A stretch of DNA of 64,000 nt, taken from the NCBI GenBank assembly GCA_002633005.1, contig NMRA01000134.1:472652-536651 (forward strand). Direction: 5' to 3'. Both the position numbers and the translations under genes were made by a program. This stretch comes from Phoronis australis (taxonomy: Eukaryota > Animalia > Phoronida). This document shows, piece after piece, positions 12,454-25,100 of this stretch. Each line of letters begins with the position of its first letter. The first letter of the stretch is position 1. The notes beneath the pieces were generated by a model that was given only the letters and a program-made list of their open reading frames with translations, searched no databases and was not told the origin of the DNA.

Positions 12454-15400
12454 GTAAGTTCAATTGGTGAACTTGTGTATCTTTGCGCATTATATCATGT
12501 TATCTAATGAACGAATGTCATAGTCAGATGAAAATCTGTATAAAATGTGATCCACAACAAGCGAATAATTGTTCGGGAAATTATTTTTTCCCTGATACAT
12601 TGAAAAACGCCTCCTGAGCCAGCCCCACTCTTAAATGTAATTTCCGAAGTATAGTAATTAAATTAACAAAGTTGATAAATATTCATCGCACGTGTTCATT
12701 CGCGAATCCTCGTTACAGGTGCATTCCTGATTCCATTCATCATCATGTTGTTCCTAGTCGGCATTCCTTTAATGTTCATGGAACTCGCCTTTGGTCAGTA
12801 CGCTAGTCTCGGTCCTATCGCCATATTTGAGAAGTTTTGTCCACTCTTCCATGGTAAGTACACCCTTCACTTCAACAGTGCTGTCGTCATCTTTTTTGGA
12901 GCAATCAACTGAAACATGCAACTCGTGGTTGAATAGTTTTACCAATCACGCAGATATCAGTAACGTCAGTTAAGTGGATAAGTATCATAGGTTATTTATT
13001 GTAATTGATAATGAAGCGGCATTCACCGATAGAAGAACTGCTTGCATAAAAACACAAGCACTCTTAACTAAATTTGAACACGTTGAGGTTTTCGTTGAGT
13101 TTCACGAGTGGAACAAATTATGACGAGCACTATTGAATTTTGAAAAAGTATCGCTAATTCGAAGATTTTTGTTTTATTATAGGACTTGGCTATGGCATGG
13201 TGATAGTGTCTGGGATAGTTTCATTGTATTACAACATGATCTTAGCCTGGACTATATTCTATCTGGTCTCTTCGTTCAGAAGTGACGTGCCGTGGTCAAG
13301 CTGTCATCCGGAATGGAGTTCCAGTGGTAAGTTAACAGGCAACAGAACGCACATTAACCCTTGAATTTTTGGCAAACTCGAGTTGTCTACTGGGTTTTTC
13401 CGTGCCCATTGAACGCATACTTATCGGCAAAAACTGTTTTAGAATTGAAAGCGTGTTTAAGATCACGGCAACTTATTTTGCTTTTGGATCGCCTCTTTTA
13501 GTTTCAGAATTATTTTCTACGTTATTCTTCAGTATACGACATGGTAACGGTTTCATTTTAAATAACAAATCCGATGCCTGGACTTTTCCTTTGTCAGTAA
13601 TTTTCATGTTCTTTTGCAACACGGTTTGAGTGACTGGATTGACGTCTTGATCCGGTTACTGAAGCTTGAAAGCTCATCTCGTTCAGTACATATATTTGAG
13701 ATTTATCACTACCTGCCAGCCTCGGACCAACCCAAGAAGCGTAATGGGTCTAGTTGTTGATATGTAACAACGGACTAGCTGGAGTATTTCAGGTGCATTG
13801 TGTTGAGAAGTCAAGTAGGTGCACCTGTTTGCAAACTCCAACTAGTCGTATGTCTCAGTCGTATGTGATAGTCGTATGCAACAGTCGTATGCGACAGTCG
13901 TATGCGACAGTCGTATGCGACAGTCGTATGCGACAGTCGTATGCGACAGTCGTATGCGACAGTCGTATGCGACAGTCGTATGCGACAGTCGTGTGTAGAC
14001 TGGGCTTAGTACTCCCCACAATCCCGTAATTGTTGTGGAAGGAAAATCTGAATAAAAAGATAACTCTTATAATAATTCGAACTTCAGGCTGTTACTCATA
14101 CAAAGACGCTGATGCGTGCCATGCGTTCAACGGCAGTGTTTATTATGAGGCAAAATGTTACAACAGTTCAGAAGCTGCGACGTACAATTTATACAACCTC
14201 ACAATGAATGTGACTAAAAGGCCACCAGCGGAGGACTTCTTCAAGTAAGTTATGAAGTAATACGTGCCATGTTCTATTTTCCCTTACGCACCGTTATTGC
14301 AATTACAATTTTACAGCTTTGGGTCAAAACATTGTGCTTTAATTTTCAAGATTCGTGTTCCAGGTTAAAAAACACCAGACATTAAATGGTTTTGCTTCAG
14401 TCTTGCATGTTTTGAAATGTGTGGGCGTACAGTAATTACACAAGTACTAAATATTAAATATTCTCCGTATTTTTTAGTAATTATGTCCTGGGTATATCCG
14501 ATGGACTCGAAAACATGGGTTTTCTGAGATGGCAACTCGTGCTCTGCCTTCTAGGTGCCTGGACTATTGTTTTCTTGTGTCTCAGTAAAGGAGTGCAGTC
14601 TTCAGGAAAGGTAGGTAGGCCTACTGGGCTTTTTGATACGCGTCGTATGACTTTTACAGTATTCAGGCATACTTATGTTACACACCATGTAAACCATGCT
14701 CTGGTGTCAACGTAAATTTCATAACGGGCGTATGGGCTTTCCTAAAGCAACAATATCGTGGTCTTGTCTTTTGTTTGAATCGTAATTGGTTGTAATAAAA
14801 AGCATGGTCATACTGGGCCGTAGTCTAAAACTAAAGCACCATGATAACCAAATTTCACGAGTCTGATCTGAAGCAATAAGGTACTGTCAGCTTTGAAATC
14901 ATTTTAACCTGAGTAACAAAAAATACGAATCATATCTTTTAACGGTAAGTGGTCTAAACAGGACGTTGACCTCCGTGACAGACAACACCAGTTTAATATC
15001 CTAATTGTTTGGCATATGGTTGCATATTTACAGTTAATTGCGCGTTATCGACCAACCCGAAGTCTCAAAATAGCAAGGCTTCCATTCAATGGATTGAGTT
15101 GACTTCCACCTTGTACGCAAAATGATGTTATGAATTTATTTATTTTCTTATTTACTCATTTTCAGGTTGTGTACTTCACTGCATTATTTCCGTACCTTGT
15201 GCTCATCATTTTGTTCTTCCGAGGAGTGACGTTAGAGGGCGCATGGGACGGTATCGTGTTTTACTTGACGCCAGATTTTAGTCGTCTGGGCAGTGCGAAG
15301 GTAATATAGACGAGTACAAATATCACATTCCATCAGAGCTTGCCCCATGTTACGTGCTATTTCATTTAGCTGTGGTTATTCATATCGATTATGTTCAACT

Positions 15401-18400
15401 GGACTGTCATCTGCAAAGTATTAGAAAACAATTAACGGAATTAATAATCAAGCAAGCACAGCAGTGAAATTGCTATGGAAATCAATGAAATGACGTTTGA
15501 AGAGATGCCATTTGAGAATGAGTTCTAGGTAAATTAATTAATCTAATGTAACTAAATTGAACGTCAGCTCTAAGCTTAAAGAACTCTCTGCATGCTTTTG
15601 ATTCGCGATCGGGCGGTAATATCCATTAAATTAAAAAGCAAACCCAATATCATTTTGATCTTGAGTTCGTTATTTAATAGTACTTATATTCGCTTGGCCT
15701 TCTGGTCAGTAACTACTGCCCTAGTACGTTCTGTTTAGCCTACTCCTATAGTATGTACCTCTTTCTCAGAGCCACCTTTTTCATTTTAATATGAAGATGA
15801 ACCGCATTTGCAAAGATCACCGGGTTCACGTTTGTGTTTATAAGACTGACCGGAAGCAATGTCGGATATGTTGTATGAATATAAAAAGACAACACGTAAT
15901 ATTATTTACTATTTTTATGAGGTCTTGTGTGTCGCTGTAGGTGTGGGTGGATGCGGCGGTTCAGATTTTCTTCTCTCTCAGCCCCGCCTGGGGAGGGCTT
16001 ATAACTTTGGCCAGTTACAACAAGTTTGACAACAATTGTCTCAAGTAAGTTCGAGTAAACTATTCTCTTCGGCGTCGTTTTCCGTTATCTCTTTCGTCAC
16101 ATGACCAGACCGAATTGTTTTTTGTAGGAAAACTGACACTTGGATAAAATTTTTAAAATTAGACCTTATATTTTAATTACAGTAAGAAAGAGTGGTCATT
16201 TACCATTACGACGGTCCACGTCTGATCTCCAAACTCGAACTCGAAATTATTTTGGATAAGTAGCTATTATTTTGTGTTCGAAGACATTATGGTTCACGTG
16301 GACGAATATCAATCATGATAGGTCGCACTTTATGACACAACATTGAAACTGAGATCCAATTTCATCATGTTCCAATTTCGCCGTTTTTCTTTCAGGGACT
16401 CTCTCATCGTGTCCATTAGCAATATATGTACAAGTATATTCGCTGGGTTTGTCATCTTCTCAATCATTGGCTACTTGGCGAGAGAACTTGGCACAAAGGT
16501 CGCTGATGTAGTCGATCAAGGTGAGTAGATGTATAGAAAAATCCTAGACCGCACAATATGAAATCCTAATAGATTACAACCGACCGAAAGAAAATTTTCT
16601 TTATATTGCATATTAAGCCATAAATACTATATTTTGTTTATTTCGAATGGCTTTTGTAAAAAGATGCCTATGAATTTCAATAGGGTACGCAATCCTTTAG
16701 GAATTAAAATTCTTAAAAGATTTTTTGCCCTAGACTTTGACAACTGGACTTCCATGCATCTGAGTCTGCTATCAAAGTACGGTTCCGACGACAACATCAT
16801 GTTACTAAAAGTGTACGGTAATGTACGTGAGATTCCACAGAGAATGTGTATGATGCAAATAAAACAACCACGGAAAGACGTAATGTCATAGTACAAAATA
16901 TTTATGAGTCAGAACTCAGACGGTATTTTATGATACACAAGTAAATGAAAACATCTTATACCGGTCTAGACATCTTTACGTTTTTCTGGAATTTTACTTG
17001 TCGGAGATTGTATACCACATTAATTCTTTCAAGGATTATTTTAATTCCAATGTAAGATTGTATTGTTCATTTGAAATTTGTTAGATGAATAAACTTTCAA
17101 TCATTCCTAGGTGCCGGTCTAGCTTTCATCGTGTACCCAGAAGTAGTGACGAGGTTACCAATCTCGCCGCTGTGGTCCATCTTGTTCTTTGTCATGCTGC
17201 TGACTCTCGGCCTTGATAGTCAGGTAAACGGGCTTTACGCACAGTCAGTTGAATTGCATTATTGTATACGTATCCAATCTATAATTCTTACCTATTCATT
17301 GGGCTGGAACCTTAATTTGAACTATGGTTACCATAGTTCATAGTGAATGTCTCTAGCCAACCTCTAGAACTATTGACCTTTGAACTTAACCATGGATTTC
17401 CTGCTAAATTTGAACTTACCAGTTACTAGCAGGAAAGCCTAGACTGATGAAAATTGTGTCATGGAGTCACCTCTGTGGCTGATTGTTTCCTAATTCCGGC
17501 ACTTAAACTCACAGACTTCTCAACACCGGTTACGATAACCAACATTACTTTTACTTAGAAAGCACGCCAGAGATTCAGTGTTTGGTCACGAAGAATTTCA
17601 TTGCAGTTTGCTCTGATGGAGACCATCACCACGGCTATACTGGACAGGTTCCCTCAATGGCGCCCTAAGAAAACATTGGTCGTTTTTGTTATGTGCTTGA
17701 CAGGCTTCCTTGGAGGTCTCATCATGTGCTCAGAGGTAAGTAATTTGCCAATCCCAAATCCAAGCTTAAAATAAAATGTTGAAAAGCACGTATATTACGA
17801 AGTCAGAGACTAGCTGTTATTCATTCCCCAAATCGAAAATATTCTGTTGCTTTGAGTTGATAAGCAATTATCTGGAAATACCTGTTTCTTTGGCTGTCTT
17901 ATTTGTTTTCAAAATGAGGCCTAAGCCACTGTCAACGGAGGTCAATGCCTAGCTTTTTGGTTCTCACGTAAGCCTACCCATATGCGCGAATGTACAGTGG
18001 AGCAAATTCAACACTTTCCGTGCAAATTTTATCAAAACCCTCCAGTTCAAAAATGTAAGTATTTATATATAATTGTGTTACATTTGAGAGTTGAAATTAG
18101 GTTTACCATCCGCAAACAAATAAAACAATTCACTCTTTACTAACTGTAGAATTTCTTAAAATCTTTCAGGGCGGTATGTACATTCTTCAACTGATGGATA
18201 CATACGCAGCGAGCTGGAGCGTATTCTTTATGGCCATGACCGAGTGCGTGATAGTTGGATGGGTCTACGGTAAGTTCATTTCGCAACCCTGTATAGAATG
18301 TACTATAGGTGTTCAAATATATTTGATATTAGTCAGAATTATGCTCAACAGGGTGGTCCTGGTGGCTATTTCGTGTGAGCAGATTATCTAAAGGACCCGC

Positions 18401-19806
18401 CTACGTTATTTTCAAATCTAAATCGGACAATTGTATTATAGGTGGCGAGAGATTCTGCAGCAACATTGAAGATATGATTGGCAAGAGGAGTAGAGCTTTC
18501 CATGTAATACTGAACGTGTTCTGGAAAATACTCAGCCCGGCTACATTGTTGGTGAGAACGAGGATTGTGTCCGCCGTCACGTGACTTTAACTTACATCAT
18601 GTGCTAGACTAGATCTAAAAGTGACGTCATTGACCCTTCGAATGCCTCGATACATTCCTTCGCAAGAATAATACCGGCCAATCAATCAAATTTTATGAAG
18701 GAATACAAAAACGAGCACATTATCAGTTATTTTTGGAAAACGTCTCAATTGTTGTTGCTCTCATTTAATGGCTGATGCAAATGTACGTGTTTAGCAGTTT
18801 GTCTACCTCGTTGTAACTCATTCTGTTCACACTACGATTAACTTTTATGTTAACATCATTTGAAAGATTTAATATTATTCTTATGGTGAGCCGCAAAGTT
18901 CGCAAGTCTGATCCACGATAAAAGTCGTCATCTACTTGACAAAGCTTTGTTGGACAAGCGGAGACGCCAGCAGTTTACTAAGAGGAACGTGTTAACGTTT
19001 ACCATCTTTTCTAGTTCTTGTTGATCTTCAACTGGGTCCAGTACAAAGGTATGGCATATGACGGGTACACTTACCCCATGTGGGGCAACGCTATAGGCTG
19101 GGTATTGGCTCTGTCGCCAATCGTCGTCATCATCGGTGTGGCGATACACAAGATTTACATGGCGCCGCCAGAGAGCAGTCTGATCGAGGTGAGACAAAGT
19201 GGTGCAAATTTTGTGTATGCCTGTTTTACTTGGCTAGTTGTGCCCACGACGTGCCCGCGTTCCCAGTACTCTAAAGCGTATATCAATCCTCCTTTAAATT
19301 CTTTGGTGTTTTACATTCTAACTGAATGCGAGACAGGTTTGGAAATGACGACCTACTAAAGCTGAATAAATTTACTGCCAGCGCGCCGATGAAACGCAGA
19401 CCAGTGATTGTGGATAAGGAACTCAGCGCCCCCAACTTCCAATAATCTTTGGTGTTTCATTTCTATCGCTTCCATTTGACTAGACATGAGTTTCGCATGA
19501 AATCGAAAATGTCAGTGATGAAAAGAAAGACATAAACGAAACTAAAACACTTGAACCATTGAAACTTGGATATAATGTCTCCATTAGCTGGCCAGTTGTA
19601 TATTTGTACAATTCGTGTGCGATGTTTTTCAGAAAATCAGAAAGCAGACAAGGCCAGCTTTTGACTGGGGGCCTTCGCACAAACAATGCGACTACACGCC
19701 TACTCCTCGGCTAACCATACAAGAAATGGATGACACAGTAAACGTTGATCTGGAAATGAACATGTCATCTTTACAAAACGGACAGCGGGTTACTTTAGAA
19801 GTGTAG
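12234..19806 (+). CDS. SLC6A5/SLC6A9-like: SLC6 (neurotransmitter:sodium symporter) Na+/Cl- dependent glycine-transporter-like gene, 14 coding exons, about 650 aa
   Basis: Exons 12234-12453, 12719-12853, 13183-13326, 14088-14244, 14478-14610, 15166-15300, 15941-16044, 16396-16520, 17111-17223, 17607-17735, 18170-18269, 18442-18551, 19015-19188, 19633-19806. All introns are GT-AG and phases agree; total 1953 nt. SLC6 motifs: [96 protein letters not shown]. Exact orthology within SLC6 is not established. Confidence 0.95.
12719..12853 (+). CDS. SLC6 exon (TM2)
   Basis: [44 protein letters not shown]; TTACAG acceptor, GTAAGT donor. Confidence 0.95.
13183..13326 (+). CDS. SLC6 exon (TM3, start of EL2)
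   Basis: [44 protein letters not shown]; AG/GTAAG boundaries. Confidence 0.95.
13844..13992. repeat. 13-bp minisatellite (AGTCGTATGCGAC) x about 11 in SLC6 intron 3
   Basis: Direct tandem copies; the unit is near-palindromic. Confidence 0.95.
14088..14244 (+). CDS. SLC6 exon (EL2 with N-glycosylation sequons)
   Basis: [27 protein letters not shown]...[16 protein letters not shown]; CAG/GTAAGT boundaries. Confidence 0.92.
14478..14610 (+). CDS. SLC6 exon (TM4)
   Basis: [44 protein letters not shown]. Confidence 0.95.
15166..15300 (+). CDS. SLC6 exon (TM5)
   Basis: [45 protein letters not shown]. Confidence 0.95.
15941..16044 (+). CDS. SLC6 exon (TM6)
   Basis: [34 protein letters not shown]. 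Confidence 0.95.
16396..16520 (+). CDS. SLC6 exon (TM7)
   Basis: [41 protein letters not shown]. Confidence 0.95.
17111..17223 (+). CDS. SLC6 exon (EL4/TM8)
   Basis: [37 protein letters not shown]. Confidence 0.95.
17607..17735 (+). CDS. SLC6 exon (TM9)
   Basis: [43 protein letters not shown]. Confidence 0.95.
18170..18269 (+). CDS. SLC6 exon (TM10)
   Basis: [33 protein letters not shown]. Confidence 0.95.
18442..18551 (+). CDS. SLC6 exon (IL5/TM11)
   Basis: [36 protein letters not shown]; GTGAG donor. Confidence 0.93.
19015..19188 (+). CDS. SLC6 exon (TM12)
   Basis: [58 protein letters not shown]; GTGAG donor. Confidence 0.93.
19633..19806 (+). CDS. SLC6 terminal coding exon (C-terminal tail)
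   Basis: TTTTTCAG acceptor; [16 protein letters not shown]...QRVTLEV then TAG; contains the SLC6 P..DWGP tail motif. Confidence 0.9.
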   Translation, partial: KIRKQTRPAFDWGPSHKQCDYTPTPRLTIQEMDDTVNVDLEMNMSSLQNGQRVTLEV

Positions 19807-20532
19807 GAACTGTGGCGTTAAAATGTTGTAGCATTGAGAATGCAATGGTATGTAATGTGAAGTCTTGTTCAGTAATCAAGATGTTCGAAAGATCTTTGTC
19901 AGGACTATAAAGGTAGCTGACAGTTCTACTGGAGGTAAGCACGCAATCGGAAATTGCATAATCTCGGAACGCGCTCAATAACGTGAAAGTGAAACTTAAC
20001 GAGATCGCATTCTGCACTTTGCAGTGAACCTTGATTCGCCATGCGTTTCGAAGACCAAGTTTTCTGTGGGAAAAGCGAGATCACGTAAGTGTTCGTGAGA
20101 TATCCCATTGCACCATGAGCGAAACACGTGGTCACACTATCCTTGCGTCCACAGAATGCTCTCACTGATTTCAGAAGCTGGGATCGGACCGCCAAACTCG
20201 AAAGATAGTCTACTACTAAAAGTCACCCCAGTGATTAAACTTTGTTTATGCAACTGAAACAGTGAGTTTTTGGATGTTTAAGAATCACATTTTCTCGTAA
20301 TTCGCCATTTCCGGTGCAAACTTTCACTCACTTTCACTGGCGGCCATTGCTGGTGTGCAGCGGTAAACGCTACCAAAAGGTGAATGCGCAATATCCAAAT
20401 AACAAGTACTGGCAAATTTCAATTACTCCAGAAATGTGGGTGGTTCTGGATGGGAAAACTAAAAAATCACTAGCTTCCACAGCTGATTGAGGTTTCGGTT
20501 AGTTGAGTAGCCTGCTTAGTAGTCAGTTGTAT

Positions 20533-20652
20533 CAGGAAGAGATAAAATCATCTGTTTCCTTTTAAACGAAACTTAAGTCCTGAAATTAGACCGGGGAAGG
20601 AGGCCAAAAACGGCGGTTTAGCTAGTTGTCCCTTCCTGGTTATCTCTTCCTG
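20533..20652. mobile_element. 120-bp mini-MITE in the presumed SLC6 3' UTR
   Basis: Perfect 13-bp TIR CAGGAAGAGATAA / TTATCTCTTCCTG; 7-bp TSD GTTGTAT at 20526-20532 and 20653-20659. Confidence 0.8.
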
Positions 20653-21208
20653 GTTGTATGTATAGTTGTTTAAAATGAAACGTTCGATATTTTATCTTTG
20701 TCAGTTCGTCAATTTATTGTGGACTGATTTTATTGGGTCAGTGAAGAGTTGTTTTCGAGTTATTGGATGCGGGGCGCTGGTTGTCCGTAGAAGCTCAAGC
20801 TATTTGGCACTGACTCATGCCGTCTTCGTCTTAAACCGGTGATAGTTTTGTACATATTGTTGAAGGAGTAATCATTATGTCATTAATAACATGGAAGAAA
20901 AAAAACTTTGATCCTGATATCTCATAATGGAGATATATGTAAACCTGCGTTCCATCCAAGATGTTTTTTATTTAGTCCACTTACCAGTAGTCCCAGCTTT
21001 TATCTGCGAGTGATTTCCGGGTTTTGAAAGAACTAACCTGCAAATCGTTGTCCCTTGAGACTATGCTTGGCGCATAAAATGACACGCCGTGGCAAGCCTA
21101 TAGCGAACTATCTGATCATTGGAAGCCCTGAAATCACCTCCAATTTGAATGAGAAATATCTTGAAACCAATTTCATAAGGGTGAATGGTCTAAATAAATA
21201 AACAGGTT

Positions 21209-21423
21209 TGTGATGGAAGGTGGGTTTGTGATTACTTTAATAATCACACGGTGTGATGGAAGGTGGGTTTGTGATTACTTTAATAATCACACGGTGTGAT
21301 GGAAGGTGAGTTTGTGCTTACTTTAATAATAACACGGTATGATGGAAGGTGGGTTTGTGATTACTTTAATAATCACACGGTGTGATGGAAGGTGGGTTTG
21401 TGATTACTTTAATAATCACGCGG
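21209..21423. repeat. 43-bp minisatellite x5 in the presumed SLC6 3' UTR
   Basis: TGTGATGGAAGGTGGGTTTGTGATTACTTTAATAATCACACGG repeated five times. Confidence 0.95.
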
Positions 21424-22159
21424 TGTAAGTATTTATGAGAAAATGTTGACCTGTGTAAAAAGACCCAATGTTTCCCTGAAATCGCTGTTATCCCATGTAT
21501 ATTTAAATGCACACCCGTATGTTGTTATTTTATTTATTGTCATGCACAAGGATCATGTGACATCATGTTCAAAAGTCATTTTCTGCTATTTTCATACTTT
21601 ACAAGTTACTTTTGGTGACAGTACGAAAAAAGACGCACGTGCATTACTGTTTACCATAATTGTTTCGTTTTGGTCATTGCTCGTTACCTTGTTAGTTATT
21701 TATATTAGAGTGCGTTCATTTCTGACATGGATCTCACGACAGCTTTCTGTATGCTCACTATCTCGAAGTCACGTGACATACCTTATTTGGACTTTTCAAC
21801 ATCAAGACAACTAACTCTTGAATTTGACCACTCATCGCCATCAAAGTGGTCTTACCTTTGCTCTTCCTGAAAATTAGAAATTTCTGTGCAATAGAATTAA
21901 AGAGAGGTAATTATTATCAGAACTCAACGCGTTAGAGAGTGTAAATTAACTTATTTATACGTCCAACACAATGTGATTATAGCCATGGGCTTTAAAATAA
22001 AGTTTACGTGTGTGGGTGTGAGAATGGTTGCGCCTTGTGATAACACAACAAACATAGTGTGATAAATCATAATTATTTAGTACCTTGTGGAAATGCAAGC
22101 ATATATGCATTTATTACGTACTTATTTGTAAAAAAGATGTTAAACATAAGACTTTGTTG

Positions 22160-22165
22160 AATAAA
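22160..22165 (+). terminator. Candidate polyadenylation signal of the SLC6 3' UTR (alternative at 21996-22001)
   Basis: AATAAA after an AT-rich UTR-like stretch, followed by T/GT-rich sequence. Confidence 0.35.
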
Positions 22166-25100
22166 AACTGAGATTTGTAGAATCCTATCATTTTGGATTT
22201 GTTTTTACGGACATTTAAAGAAGTTAATTAGGAGCAATGAACTAGTTTTGACAATGGATCTTGAAACAGTTATATAGGACTGTAAATTAAACCAAATGTT
22301 TACAAACCTATAGACTTTAACTCAGTATTCATTTTCTAAAGGTGAAATTTGATTGTTTAATTTTCAACAATCTGTCATAAATCGAGTCACGTTGCCATAT
22401 CTTTTTTATTAAAAATTTAGCAAAAAAGAAAGGTAAATTTACAACAGACAACGGAATCAATAACCTGACCAAATTTCATTTGATATGACTGTTCAAGATG
22501 AAATCTCAAAAACGCTTTTACAGTTTTCTAGAATATAATTTCGTTTTCGTTTTATGCAACTTAGATTTTTTCATCAAATTCATAAAAGTCCTGTTTTTAA
22601 TAGCCCTTCATGCGAAAGTGGAACAATTCCTAACAGCTTATTGGAGAACATAGTGATTTCATAAAGCATACTACCTGAACGTTTCACATGAATCCGAACA
22701 GCCTTTTCTGAGATATGGTGTTCTACAGTTAGCTAAATTTGGAAATTTTTTAGTCCTGCATAACCGTAAATGCAGATTTCTATGTATAAAAGCATTAGAA
22801 AGCATTTCCTTTCTGTGACATTAACACGACGTCATATCAGGAAATAAATTTACCAAGATGTCATTCAAGTACGGCAATAAGTCGCCAAATTTCCTACGAT
22901 TTTTAATTCCACAGAACATCAATAAAGGACACAAATATAATTTTTCACACGAGATGAAGTATTTCCTTTGGACGTCATCGGCACTGGCTGATTACCGGAA
23001 TAAAAGTTTCAGCGTCACTGAAAGACTGTTACAAGATCGATAAATGCCAAGAACCATTACATCAATTCTATGAGATGTGACAAAAACCACTAACACGATA
23101 TATTTATGGTTGCCTCATTTCCGGACACTTCCGTTTGAATCTGTTTTAGTATTTTGAGAATCAAGAACGTTAAAGGTTCCCATATTTTGAACTGTTTTGA
23201 ATATGCGTAATTGGCGACAGTAGAGCACGGACAAAATGAAAGGACTCACACGTTTTTTTATATCAGATAACGCCTCGAAACGGGGTTGACCAACTTTCTT
23301 ACAAAATGTGATATAACCAGGTCGATTCCACGAAGAGGTTCTAAAACGATTTTTCGGCTCCGAAAACAACGTTTTAATTTTGGTCTGTTGTCTCACTCAT
23401 AATTTCATTCTACTAATCAGGTTTTGCACGCTACCCTGTCGGAGTACCTAATATGGTTTATCCCTTTCGAATTACCTCACCATATTCACCGTAATGAACA
23501 TTTAACTCTGAGAGAAAATTTCGCCCAGTATGCAATCATTTGACCGAACTAGTAATCTTTATTATAGCAGCTAATAGGCGTCGCTTTTGTAGAGGTAACC
23601 TTATCGGAGATTTCAAAAAGTGCTATCTGATTGTGAATATTGGTATGCAATCAATACGTTAAAACACATTGTCAGTTTTACGAACGAAAAAATCCGCATT
23701 TTCGGAATGCTTTTTGAGTTTTGAAACGGAAGACTTCTTGAAGTTTTTGTTTTGACCAGATTTATAAAACAACAAAGTATATGGTTTTTGTGATTTTATT
23801 ACAAATCGACGATTGTCGCAGTTGTCTGTCAGGCATTCGCTGATATAAAGGCCCGTGATTTTCCAGTTAAATGCACTCAAAGTGCTCAGACATAGAGTGG
23901 GATTAATCTATGTAAGCAGAGCGACCCTGGGCTGAGACTGATCCCATGAAATTTCTTTTCTAGCTGATAATGTTTTTAAACTTTAGTGTTTCCGGTGTAA
24001 AGATTACCTACTTCTAAAACCACTGACTGGCTGTCTAACCGTGAATTACATTTCCAGGGCTTATAGCGTTTTTAAAAGGGTATAATTAATGACAGAGAGT
24101 AAAATAGTTTTGTTATCCCTAATTTCTGTTCCGTCCATTGAGTTAGTAGGTCTACTCGAAGAGACGCTGACAGAGTTCTCACTGGGTTTTGCCTGCGCAC
24201 ACGTCACTGTTGCCTTTCTTGCACGCTGTGGAAATCTCTATGAACAAAATGAAAAATTGTGAGTCGTCTCACAATAAAATCAATACACGCAACTTTGCCC
24301 TGTCTCATATTTTTGTCCCTTTTACTTTCACCGAAAAATGAACGAGGGTCCAGTGGCAAAACCCCCAAAATGGAGTTTCCAGCCCAGAACCACCACTTCC
24401 CTGCTAATATGCTAGACGTAAGCCAACACTAGATTCAGAAAGCAAATTTCCTACACATTCCAAAAATGTGGCCCAAAACTGCCATTCAACTAATTGGAAA
24501 TTCTGAGTTGTTTTAGGACTATCTGAAAGTCGCAGCAGATTTCTCAGTCGTTACGCAGAAATGCACTACAAAGCTATAAAGGGCCACCATTTTGAAGAAA
24601 AGTGTACCTACAGTCGAACTAGTGAATTTTTCTCATTCCCAACATGTTTACAAATACAAGGATACTGGATTTGTAATGCCTACCTAAAACTGCCGCCAAA
24701 CCTGGTCAACACAAATTATTGATAGGGGCCACGGCAACAAGCTAGCTGCACACTCCCCACTCCAGGGACATTGATTATGGCGTAAGATTCCACCTTTCAC
24801 TGTTACATCACACTCACGTAGCAGTCGAGTTTTGAGGGAACAAACAGCAGCAACAGCAATAAATCCGTCGAAAAATGTTATAATTCCTGACCTGTAATTT
24901 TGAACTTTTGTACCGATGATACTCCGGTTAAGCAAAGGATGTATTTGGTGATGAGCCAAGACAGTAATAACATAAACACGGTGTGATTCATATAAAGCAT
25001 TGTTTTTGTCTGGCATTCACGGTCACAATTCATATTGGAACATCTTATGAATCAGTGTCTTCTAAAGTAAGCCAACATGTATATCGCCATCGACATACAT

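Noticed and set aside
13754-14029. 91-aa ORF with repeated [13 protein letters not shown]
   Set aside because: Translation of the 13-bp intronic minisatellite
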